32,000 nucleotides of DNA from Candidatus Saccharimonadota bacterium (GTDB lineage: Bacteria > Patescibacteriota > Gracilibacteria > BD1-5 > UBA6164), in contig OZ245768.1 in NCBI GenBank assembly GCA_965227835.1, positions 420,001 to 452,000 on the forward strand, read 5' to 3'. Shown here piece after piece: positions 19,870-30,361 of the stretch. The position numbers and the translations under genes were made by a program. Below the pieces are notes generated by a model. It ran no database searches and was not told the DNA's origin. It saw only the letters and a program-made list of their open reading frames with translations. The number at the start of each line of letters is the position of its first letter. The first letter of the stretch is position 1.

Positions 19870-19930
19870 CAAAGAGCTAAAGCTCTTTGTTGAAATACTA
19901 AGACAAAAAGCTAAAACCCTCTGCCCAAAG
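19870..19930. repeat. family B hairpin repeat
   Basis: Perfect hairpin CAAAGAGC-TAAA-GCTCTTTG at 19870-19889. aaaagctaaaaccctctgcc resembles aagggctaaagccctctgttgc at 16024-16045. Confidence 0.65.
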
Positions 19931-19956
19931 AAATATAGTAATTTTTCAGTCTCTCT

Positions 19957-19997
19957 AAAACTAAAAGATACTAACTTTGTTAGTATCTTTTAGTTTT
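19957..19997 (-). terminator. ndk terminator (bidirectional hairpin)
   Basis: Perfect 15-bp stem CTAAAAGATACTAAC / GTTAGTATCTTTTAG flanked by A4 and T4, directly after the ndk stop codon. Confidence 0.85.
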
Positions 19998-20441
19998 TTA
20001 TAAAACATCATCACTTATTTTTTCATATTCAAAAACTCATTCTCAACCAAAAAATCTTTCAATTTCTTCTTTAGCAGATTTTTCGCTATCACTAGCATGT
20101 ATTATATTACCATCAATTGTTAATCCAAAATCTCATCTAATAGAACCTGGAAGAGCTTCTTCTGGATTTGTAGCTCCACTAAGAGTTCTTACAGTACTTA
20201 TTGAATTCATACCAGATACAGCTATCGCTACCACTGGTGTTCTTTGCATGTATTTTAATATAGAAGGAAAAAAAGGTTTATCAGTAAGAAAATCATAATG
20301 TTCCTCTATTATTTCTTTGTTTAGTTTCATCATTTTCATACCTGAAATTTTTAATCATTTATTTTCAAGTCTAGTTATAATTTGACCTATTATACTTCTT
20401 TCAATAGTATCTGGTTTTAGTAAAACTAATGTGGTTTCCAT
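19998..20441 (-). CDS. ndk: nucleoside diphosphate kinase
   Basis: 148 codons. METTLVLLKPD, GSIRGDFG (G is TGA), NIIHASDS. Track ORF 20133..20339 is an in-frame fragment. Confidence 0.9.
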
Positions 20442-20693
20442 TTATTTTTTTGTTAATATATTAAAATCAAGGCAATTATATATATTACTTTTTAAATGCA
20501 AGAAAATAGGGCTTTATTTTCCTATTTTCTTTTCAAATATGTTGGATTCTAAGTATGTAATGAAAGTATGGAACATATAAATTTTAAATATAACTTTTTC
20601 ACAGGAAAAATGAAAAAAATTAAATTTTATGAAAAAGCAACTGTTTGAGTCCCAATCTTTGATTGGTCGAGTTTTGCGAAAGAATAAAATTTA

Positions 20694-20701
20694 TATTTTT
20701 T
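20694..20701. repeat. 8-bp target-site duplication TATTTTTT (left)
   Basis: The identical octamer directly abuts the other IS end at 21789-21796. Confidence 0.7.
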
Positions 20702-21788
20702 GGGCTAATACCAAAAATGTGTGCTATTTTTGCTTAAGATTTCTATTATAAATCCAAAGAGATATGAAAGAAATAATCCTATGTTTTTTTAATCATCTGT
20801 GAGAATAAATATGATTAGATAAAACTCCATTATATCATTCTAAATCATTAGAACTTCTTTTGATATTTTTATCTTTAATATAATGAAACATATATGGAAG
20901 AGCATTTTTTATGTGTTTTTTCGCCTGTCTGAGTCTTCGATGAGTATACCAAGTTCTTATTCAATTTGAACTTTTCTCTTTTAAAAAATCAAAGTATTTT
21001 CTCTCCCAACTCTGGAAATATTCAGTAAAAATTTTCTCATTTTCAAAGTTTTTAAAATTCATTATTTTCTGTAAATCTTTTCAACAATCACTTTGAGGTT
21101 TTTTAGATATATAATTTGTTATTTGTCTGTGAATATGTGTTAAACATCTCTGAAATTTTGCATTAGGATATATTTCTCCTATTGCTTTTTTTATTTGTTT
21201 GCTTCAATCTACAGTAAAACTCAAAATATTATATTTAAATTCATATTTAAGAATTCTTAAGTCTTCTAGTATATCCTCATATCTTTCTCAATTATAAAAA
21301 CCAAAACGAATAACTTTTTTTTGTATATATTCATAGTAAATTATAAGACATATATTTTTTGAAATCCATATCCCATCTATCATTACATAACTTATATTTT
21401 TAAACACAAGATCTATTTGAAATATTTTGTTTGAATCAAGATGACTTTGAATATTTTTAAGTATATCTTTTTTGTTTTTTAATTTCTGTTTTCAAAGTTG
21501 TCTACATGAATATCATTCTTCAATCCAATCTTGAAATATTTTTTCTCAATATATTCTTGGGGTTTTTCTTGTTGAGATAACGAAACAAAAATTACATTTT
21601 TTACATTTATATTTTTGTTTTCACTGACTATTCTTTCAGTTCTTTTTTATATAAATACAACGACATTTGGGACAGTTTTTTTTGCATAATAAAATTTTAT
21701 TTTTTAAACTACATAAATATATCTTATTTCTTCCTTATTTAATGCAAAAAATCTATACCTTTTTAGCACACATTTTTGGTATTAGCCC
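20702..21788 (-). mobile_element. insertion sequence (1087 bp) with perfect 25-bp terminal inverted repeats
   Basis: GGGCTAATACCAAAAATGTGTGCTA at 20702-20726 is the exact reverse complement of 21764-21788. Carries a single DDE transposase gene and is flanked by the 8-bp direct repeat TATTTTTT. Confidence 0.9.
20724..21687 (-). CDS. DDE transposase with N-terminal CxxC...CxxC zinc ribbon (IS256/Mutator-like core; family uncertain); start displaced by one frame at an A8 run
   Basis: 321-codon frame begins CKKNCPKCRCIYIKKNGKNSQGKQKYKCKKCNFCF. Candidate catalytic residues: YVMIDGIW, FTVDGSKQIKKAIGEIYPNAKFQRCLTHIHRQI, SSNDLEGYNG. Many in-frame TGA. Stop TAG lies inside the left IR. The only ATG (21685-21687) is one frame off, across the A8 run (T8 at 21676-21683). 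Confidence 0.65.
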
Positions 21789-21796
21789 TATTTTTT
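21789..21796. repeat. 8-bp target-site duplication TATTTTTT (right)
   Basis: Matches 20694-20701. Confidence 0.7.
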
Positions 21797-21846
21797 TCAT
21801 TTTTCTAATATATTGAAAGAAATTATATATCTAAATTTTAGTTAAA

Positions 21847-24800
21847 CTATTTTGTGAAAAGGGGAGGAGGTGATATCTGCACTTCAGGATTATATTTTAT
21901 TACTACAGGATATTGTGATTCTTCTTCACTAGATCCAAAATTATTTTCTTCAATTCATCTTCTTAAATAATTTAAATCATATTTTTGTGCCTCATCAAGA
22001 GTACAATCAAAACTATTTTCACTATATTTATAAAATGGACAAACAGGAGGATTTTTTCTAGATCATCATATCGTATTTTCAGAGAATAGTGATCAATGTA
22101 TATATAGTTGATTTTTTAGTACTTCATATGTTCAACCATTGCTTGGAGAAATTTCTCACCATATATCATTATAACTTATAGCTGATTTATCTGCATAAAG
22201 TGCTGCTCCTATTTTTCTCACTTCAGGATCTATATATATATTTCATCAATTATTATTATCGTCTTTTAATACTATAATTCATCAAATAGTTAAATTTCAG
22301 GTTATATATGCATTTGCTCATAGTATTACTATAGTTTTTTCTCAACAGTTACTACAAGAATTTATTGTATGAATTTTTGAATTTGCATTTCTATAATCAT
22401 AATATATTACTTTTCAATTAATCAAACTTGTTCATGTAGGGCTTCAAGATACATTTTTTATTACTTCAAAAGCATTTTTTCTTATATTTCATCTTAGTTC
22501 TCACTTATCTATATCTCAAGCTATATTTTTTATATCTTGTTCTTGATTTTCTACCAAATCTTTTTGCTTTGATTCATCTATATTAGTAAGACCATATATT
22601 TTTATAGTATTTGAATTTTGTCCTTGATTTCATCATATTGTTCAAGCTTTATAGATTACAGTTTTATTTGTATCTATTACATATTCTAAATAAGCATTTA
22701 CAACTATATCTTTTGCTTGATCTATAAATCAATCTTTATCTGGATCTAAAGTGAAAAGGGTATCAAAATTCATCTCAGATGTTTTAAATTCAGAGGAATT
22801 ATTATAAAAGACTTTTTTTCATCATTTATTAAATGTGTATTCTGTTCAACTATCTATACTTCAAGTTCAATTAAAGTTTTCATAGTTAGTATCTGTTCAA
22901 GTTTGTTCTAAAGATATTTTATTAATACTGGTTGTTTTACTAGTTGTTTTTATAACTTGTACACTTCAAGTTTGGGTTACTCATTCTATAAATCAGTTAT
23001 CTTTTTGATTTCATCTAAATTCTATTTCATATGCAGGAGAAAAATTAAATTTTATGGGGTTCTCTATTAAAGGTTTATTATATATATCTCATATATTTCA
23101 ATTTACATCTAAAAATATTTGATTTATTGTGAAATTATTTCAATTTATAGTTGGAGCATAAACTTTGAAGTTTAAAGGATATTGTCAGTCTGATGATTCA
23201 AAATTGTTAAATTCTTTGTCTTTATTATCTCATAAGCTAAATAAATTACTATAGATATTAGAACTTCAAGTATTTGCAAGAATAGCATTACCTAAATTAT
23301 TATATTGATTTAAATAGAGAGAATTAGATGTATTAAACTTTAAATCAATAGTTCTTGATATTCAGGAAGCAGTTACTATTTGGTTTCAATAATTATCTTC
23401 TAAAGATGTTCATAACTCATAAGGAATTCAATCTGCTATTTTTCATACAGTTAAAATATTTGATGTTATTGTGCTTGCTATATTTTCTGTATTTGCATAA
23501 ACATTATAATTGTATGTTGCTACATTGTTTCAACTACTACAATTTCAGGCTTCATCACAGATTTTATCTATGGTTAGGGTGTATTGCCTAGAACCGTCTG
23601 TTTCTCTGTCTCTATCTACATCTTGCATATTTAAGTCTTCACTAAAACTCCAAGAATTTACTGTTCCTGTGCTTGAAGAGTTTTTATCATTATAATTTTC
23701 AAAACTATAATCTATTGATACAATAGGAGATCATCAGTTTATTCAAACTTCAAAACTTACATTTTCACTACTATTTGCTAAAATATTTGAATCATCAGTA
23801 TGAGATAAATTTTTTATGTCATCTATCGTTGGAGCTGTAGTATCAATATTGGTTATCACATAAGAAACACTTGTCTCATTTCAGGCATTATCTTTTACGG
23901 TTATACTTGAACTAGTATTTTCTGTAAAAGTTTTAGAGTATGTATTTCAACTTATAGACCATCAACTGATATTATACATATCGCATCAACTTCATCATTC
24001 ATCACTACAAGTTATACTTACAGTTACTCATGAATTAGTCCAAATATCTGGAGAATAAGAAACATCTCATGAAGGTAATATTTTATCAATATTATCTACA
24101 TCATAAGTGGCAGTCGTTTCATTTCAAACATTGTCTATTAAAGTTATTGTTCAAGTAGTATTTTCTGTAAAAGTTTTAGAGTATATATTTCCACTTATAG
24201 TCCATCAAGTATTAGTATATGTCATATCACATCAACTTCATCAAGTATCACTACAAGTTATATTTACCGTTACTCATGAATTAGTCCAAATATCTGGAGA
24301 ATAAGAAGTAGACCATGTGGGACCTGTGATATCAATATTGGCTACACTATAGCTAGCAGTTCAAATATTTCAGGCAACATCTTCTACAGTTATACTTGAA
24401 ATAGTATTTTCTGTAAAAGTTTTAGAGTATATATTTCCACTTATAGTCCATCAAGTATTAGTATATGTCATATCACATCAACTTCATCAAGTATCACTAC
24501 AAGTTATATTTACCGTTACTCATGAATTAGTCCAAATATCTGGAGAATAAGAAGTAGATCATGAAGGATTTTCTCAATCCCAATATAAACAATACATGGT
24601 TCAGCTTTCAGCTACATCATCTTCATTATCTCAATGGGCTTCTGTTGTACTAGAATCATTGTTTTTTGCCACAGCACCTTTTGTTGCATCATCTCAATCT
24701 CAATCACCATCTCATGGACATATAGTTCATTTGTTTGGTCAAGTAGGACTTTCTCCTTGATTGCTTAATTCAGCTCCTCCAGGATTAGAATACGAAACTG

Positions 24801-24888
24801 CATGATTACCATACCAATTTCAAAAAGTTTGATTTGATGAAAACCAAATAAAAATTGATAAAATTATGAAAAATATTTGTTTTCTCAT
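21847..24888 (-). CDS. large secreted/surface protein with three tandem ~82-aa Ig-like repeats
   Basis: 1014 codons (length divisible by 3; N-terminus checked codon by codon). Signal peptide MRKQIFFIILSIFIWFSSNQTFG. Acidic GDGDGDGDD linker. Repeats SYSPDIWTNSGVTVNITCSDTGGSGCDMTYTNTGWTISGNIYSKTFTENT. C-terminal region rich in Asn/Gly/Thr. Stop TAG at 21847-21849. Confidence 0.8.
23815..24557. repeat. three tandem 246-bp coding repeats inside the surface-protein gene
   Basis: 24158-24311 and 24404-24557 are identical by eye over ~154 nt. The third unit (about 23815-24065) is clearly more diverged. Confidence 0.85.
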
Positions 24889-24916
24889 TTTTGTTTTTGT
24901 TTTTGTTTTTGTTTTT
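24888..24916. repeat. hexanucleotide microsatellite (TTTTTG)4-5 abutting the surface-protein start codon
   Basis: G at 24893, 24899, 24905 and 24911. On the coding strand this reads AAAAAC x4 and then AAAAATG. Confidence 0.9.
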
Positions 24917-24950
24917 ATATAAAATACATATATATTTTCTCATAATTTAC

Positions 24951-24990
24951 AAAAAAAAGCAAAATATTTACTCTTTATTTTGCTTTTTTT
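24951..24990. terminator. bidirectional terminator between the 631-aa gene and the surface-protein promoter
   Basis: A8-GCAAAATA-loop-TATTTTGC-T7. The T-run overlaps the stop codon of the upstream gene. Confidence 0.75.
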
Positions 24991-26884
24991 AGAGTTTCCA
25001 GTTCATTCAGATAGAAATACTATCATTTTGATTTATTCAGTTATCTGTCCTTTCAATTCAAGCACTTACAGAAAGTGTATCAAATATATTTCATGTCATT
25101 CCTATTTCCCTTGTTATTTCATTTAATAAAAAAGGATTATCTGAATTATCCAAATTTTCATATGAAAACGATATCTGTCCTTTTTGATTTCATAAATTAG
25201 CTTCAAATCAGGTTTTTTCGTATCATAATCATTTTTCACCACTTATGTTACTAGAAGCTCTCATGTTTCAATCATCATATGTCAAACCTAAATCAATAGA
25301 TTTTTTTTCAAATTCTCTTGTTCAACCATCATACCCAACTCTAATATTTTTTCGTGAAATATCAGCTCAATATCATAGATTTATATTTCAAACTAGATTT
25401 TGTGAAATAGATTGTTCCAAATTTAATGAGGCTCCATAATTTAAAGTATGGTCATTTGAATTATTATTTTTTTCAGATTCAGTTCGTTGAAATTGATGTA
25501 CTGCTCATAATCATATATTTGTATTTCAATTATCAAATAGTTGATTATAATATTTAAAATCAAATCAAATATTATTAAATTCTCTTGTTTTTCAATTTTC
25601 CCACTCAAAATAATTTTTTGAAAGTTTTAATCAAACTCAGTAAGTTCAAAATGTATCATTACTAACCGTTTTTTCTAAATATGTTCAATAAGAATCATAA
25701 TTTGCATAGTCTAAACTATTTGTTCTATTAAAAAAAACTCATGTTTTCATTCCACTATTTGCATAACTTAAATCAATACTTTTTGAGCTTTTTGTATCAA
25801 GTTCTCAATCTATGTTAAATCAATGCTTATATTCTAATCATTCTCTGCTTAGTTCCCTAGAATATTCTAGACTATCTCCTGTATTAATTGAAGATGTAGT
25901 TGATTCAAATAACTCTTCTAAATCAGTCTGAATAAAACCCAATAATTTTCATCTAGCATCTCAAACTTCTTCTCTAATTTTAATTGATCATTTTTCTGCT
26001 AGATATCTAGCTTTTAATTCTTTGGGATCACTTGATTCGTAATAGTTTCAATAATCTATAAAAAAAAATTTACCATCCTGATTTCTTCACCGAGTTATTG
26101 AATGATTTCCTCAAGAAGTTGTACTTATAATTCAAGTATTAAATCAAACAGATTCCAAAAACTTAGCTACTTCGCTATGATGATGTCTACATACTCCTGC
26201 TACTCAAAAGTTTATATATGCGTCCCACATATCTTGCGATGAAACATCTCAAGAGTTACCCATTTGATCACTATCATATCAAACATTACCCATATATATA
26301 CTCATAAACATAGCTAGTTCTATTTTATTTTGTTCTGATTGATTTTCATAATTTTCTCTTAATATTTCAAGTGGACTTCTATCTGTTTGCCCAGCTTCAA
26401 ATAAAGAATTTAGAAAATTTAGTTGTTCATCAAAGAATCTGTTATTTTCAGATAATTTTTCCTGCCCTCCTTCTACACCACATATAAAATCTAAACTATC
26501 AGTTGTTCTTTCAATATAACAAGTTCTATTTGATTGAGAATTTTCATCATATAATTTATAAAAAACTCTAATAGCATCTTGTATACTTCAATCTCACTCT
26601 GAAGAATTATCATATCTATCTATTAAAACATCTTCTTTTTGGGCAGTTGAGCTTCTATTTACTAGATTTATATTAATGTATATATCATTTCTTGTATTTT
26701 CTACTAAATTATTAACATCTCTATATGTTTCTAAATTTAAAGACTCCAAATCTCATTTTGTATTCTCTACCAATTCTTGAGAATCTTCTGATTCAATATA
26801 TTCTTCTATTCCATTTGTATTAAATCATTGTGTTTCATTTGTATTTTGATTTATATTTTCTGTTATATTATTTTCTCTTTCCAT
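24989..26884 (-). CDS. transglutaminase-like Cys-His-Asp domain protein with beta-strand-rich C-terminal half
   Basis: 632 codons. No signal peptide (MERENNITENINQNTNE). Core GVAGVCRHHHSEVAKFLESVGFNTGIISTTSGGNHSITRGRNQDGKFFFIDYG. C-terminus shows alternating-hydrophobic segments (IRVGYDG, LGLTYDD, ISFSYEN, LSVSAGIE, ISIGMNWKL). Confidence 0.7.
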
Positions 26885-26889
26885 AATCT

Positions 26890-27243
26890 TTATATGTTAT
26901 TAATGATATTTTCTAATTGTTCCTCTGATTGTTTATTTTCTAAGTCTTCTATTTCTCTTATATTTTTAATACCTTTAAATATTTCTCCTGTTTTTTTAAT
27001 ATTCATATCCTCTATACCTTTTGTTAATCCACTTTTAAACCTATATCATATTTTTCATAATCATTTTTTGTAATTATATTTTATAATACCTAAATTTTTT
27101 TGTTCTTCTTCAAATATTTCTATCATTTTATTTATACCTTTTTTCTCATTTTTTATTATATTAAAAAGACTTATCTTTTCTTCAGGATTCAAAGATAAGC
27201 TTTTATCTATAAGTGTTGATAAATAATAAATGTTACTAAACAT
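26890..27243 (-). CDS. hypothetical protein (117 aa)
   Basis: Track ORF 27061..27243 continues through TGA codons to the TAA at 26890-26892, 5 nt before the next gene start. Lys/Glu/Ile-rich. No family recognised. Confidence 0.6.
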
Positions 27244-27274
27244 TTTTTAAAATAATTAAAATAAAAATTGATTT

Positions 27275-30208
27275 TTATAATCTAGGAAGCTCTTTTATTG
27301 CCTTCCTCAATAATCTATTATCTCATTTTTTTACAGTTGCCTGTGAAACACTAAATTTTTTTCTTCTTATTGTTATTTCATCTTCATTTGTAAAATCTAA
27401 AATAATATCATTTTTACTACTCCATGATTTTGAATCATCTATTACATATGTTCAATCATCTTCTACTTCTATATCATCCCAATCTATACCTTCTAATCAT
27501 TTTGTAGCTTCTCTTATATTGTGAATATCTTCTTTTTGTTGAATTTCTTTTTCTATTTGCAGTATAATCTCATCTTGCATATCATCACTTTTATTTTTAA
27601 GAGCTCTTCTCAAAATAGCTTCTTTTTCCACTAAATTTTCTATACTTAATGTAGTATTCAAACTATCTATAACAGGATTTACTATTCCACCAAATTTATT
27701 TATTTTTCTTTCCCAAACCATTTGTTCAGTTCTACTTCATCATCTATCATAATCTTTTGCATCTTTAAGTTCATTCTCCATTATACCTAGTCTATTTTGA
27801 GATTCTTCTAATCTTTCAAGTAAACTATCTATTCTTACTAAATAATAACTTAAAGGTTTAATTTTTTCAGGATCTGTTTCTATTGCTACATTTATTATTC
27901 ATTTTTCATCTCTTATAGTTGTTAAGTCTTTATCTATTATTATATCATTTGTATCCCATGATCTATCAATTATATAATTACCCTGCTCATCTCTTTCTAA
28001 ATCTTCAGCATCTATTCATAATCAATCAAGTGGTATGCTTCTTAGTGTCATATCTCTATTTTCTTCCTGTGTTCTTATTTCTTCTCTAACTTCTTCCTCA
28101 CCTTTTTTTTCTAAAAGAACTTTTAACTGAAATATATAATTTTCTATTTTTCAAATATCTGTATTTAATTTTATTTCTTCAAGTTTTCCTTGAATTTGGC
28201 TATTTTCTTTTTTATGTTCAGCTTTAGCTACAAGATCTAAAAGTGTATCAAGTTTTTGTACTGCTGACGATAGATTTTCTTTTGTTACAGTTAATTTTCA
28301 GATTTTTCATTCTTCATCTTGGATTGTATAATTATTTCCTGAAGTATCTAATACTAAATCATTGTTTGGTCATTGTCTGTCTATTAGATATTTTCAATTT
28401 CATAAATCTTCTATATCTCTATCTATTCAGTCTATATAAAATATATTTGAAGATATATCCTCAGAGTTTGTCGGTTCTAAATCAACTGTTATTACTTCTT
28501 GTATAGGTAAAAATTTCATTGAAGATGCCATTACAACCTCTCTTTCTATTTCTCATATCGTAGTTTGTTCTACGATTTCTCTAATTTCTGCAATTTCTAA
28601 AACTGGTGTTTCTGGTAAATCTTCTTGAGGTTCTGTTTCTTCTTGAGGTTCTGTTTCTCTAATCAATTGTGATAAATTTAGTTTTGGTAGTAAAATATTG
28701 TCTCATACCCATAGGTTATCTCACATTATACCATCTTGTCATTCTCAACCTGCTTTTTTAGTGTCTTTCAAAAGCCTTGTTTTCATTGCTCCTTCTTCTT
28801 GATGATTTATAACTTGGTTTATAGCTCTTGCTATTTCTCTTTTTCATTTATTGGTATTATCATCTATACCATATTGTTTTTTTACTATTTTCCATAGACT
28901 ATCACCTGATTTTACTATATATGAACTATCTATTGGTTCTATTTCAGAGTATTGTGTATCTGGTTCAATGGAGTTTGTTACTGAATCAACTCTAGCTCTA
29001 TTTGCTGCTTCTAGATTAGCTTGTGTATTAGCATCTGTAATAGCATTTTTATAAGCCTTTAGAGCAGTTTGAAAATTTGTCATAGCAGTTTCAATTTGAG
29101 TTTTCAAACCATTTACTTCATTTATTGCAGTTAGTGAATCTATATTTGTATCTAATAAACTTTGTAGAGCTGTTTTTGAATTTTCATAATTTTGTAACTC
29201 TTGACTATCTTCATCTAAAGAAGCTCAATCTACAAGTGACATTACATTTTCAGTATCTATTAAATCTTTCCCTCCTTGTATTTTTGAAGTTAGCTCTGTT
29301 TTTGCTTGTTCTAAAGCTCTTTCTTGTTTTTCTGTATATTCTTGATTAGCTTTTGTAATGGCTTTATTATAGGCTATTAAAGTTGAATTTAATTTTTCAG
29401 CAAATTTTCTTAGTGTTTGAAAGTTTTCAGGATTTTTTTCGGTGGTTGAAATTATAAAATTATTATAAGTTTGTAAAGCATTTTCATAAGCAGTTTTTTC
29501 TGCTTCTGGTTCTATGGCTCAATCTGTAATAGTTTCGGTTACTGGGAATTGACTAACTTGATCTACAACTTTATTCCAAGCTTTCTCGCTATAATTTTCT
29601 TCTAAATTTTCTGTTATTTTTCATATATTAGAACCATCTTCAACTTTATTTCAAATTCTATGATTTGTTATTCATACTAAATTATCTAGCTTTTCATTTG
29701 CTTCATCATCATCTAGTTTTTGCTCTACATTTTCCACCATTCATGGTCAAACAGGGATTGAAATTTCATCTTCTAATTTTAAAGCACTATCCATTTCAGT
29801 TCTCATTTTTTCTAATAAATCTACAACTCACTCTTCAATAGTATCTCTATCATTATCAAAACTATTCATAGTATCTACAAGTTCTTCTATTTGAAAATCT
29901 ATTAATCATTGGTCTTCAAAATTTTGTAACTGTTCATCACTTCAATCTATTTCAACATCTTTTCACAGCCATTTTTTTATTATCTCTTTTTTACTTGTTC
30001 ACCATTCAAGTCAGGAATCATCTTCTATTCTTTCATCTAAAAGAGTTTTTATTTCTTTTAATTTTTCCTTTATTTCAGTATTTGCTTCCAGATTTCAAAT
30101 TTCTATATTGTCTGATTCTCAAGAATTATTGAGTCACCCTGGATTTTCTAAGCTATTTTTTAATAGACTTTTAAAGACATTAATCTCTGTTTTTATTAAA
30201 TTAAACAT
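27275..30208 (-). CDS. large acidic coiled-coil protein with a LysM-like peptidoglycan-binding segment
   Basis: 978 codons; track ORFs 27497..27721 and 28844..29107 are in frame with the ATG at 30206-30208. No signal peptide or TM helix. YIVKSGDSLWKIVKKQYGIDDN ... GDNLWVGDNILLP resembles a LysM domain with an insertion. Long Glu/Lys/Asn-rich helical stretches. Confidence 0.75.
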
Positions 30209-30361
30209 AATTTTTATTTTAAAATATTATTATTTTTATAATTTTAACATAAATGTATGTAATAAGTCAAAAATTTACTTAGATTTTTTTGATGTTCTCC
30301 AAATCTTGCTTTTTAGAAAAAATTAATATGATTTTATAAAATATAAAAAATTCATATTTTA

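Noticed and set aside
20569-20688. Short ORF (about 39 aa, MEHINFKYNFFTGKMKKIKFYEKATVGVPIFDWSSFAKE) next to the IS, possibly the 5' stump of a gene disrupted by the insertion
   Set aside because: Joining the flanks after removing the IS and one TSD copy does not extend the frame into anything coding. There is no RBS or homology, so it is most likely ndk promoter-region noise.
21847-30208. Interpretation of the large-gene block as a prophage remnant (tape-measure-like coiled coil, LysM, hydrolase-like domain)
   Set aside because: No capsid, terminase, portal, integrase or tail genes were recognised, there are no att-like repeats at the borders, and the last gene has a classical signal peptide and adhesin-like repeats.
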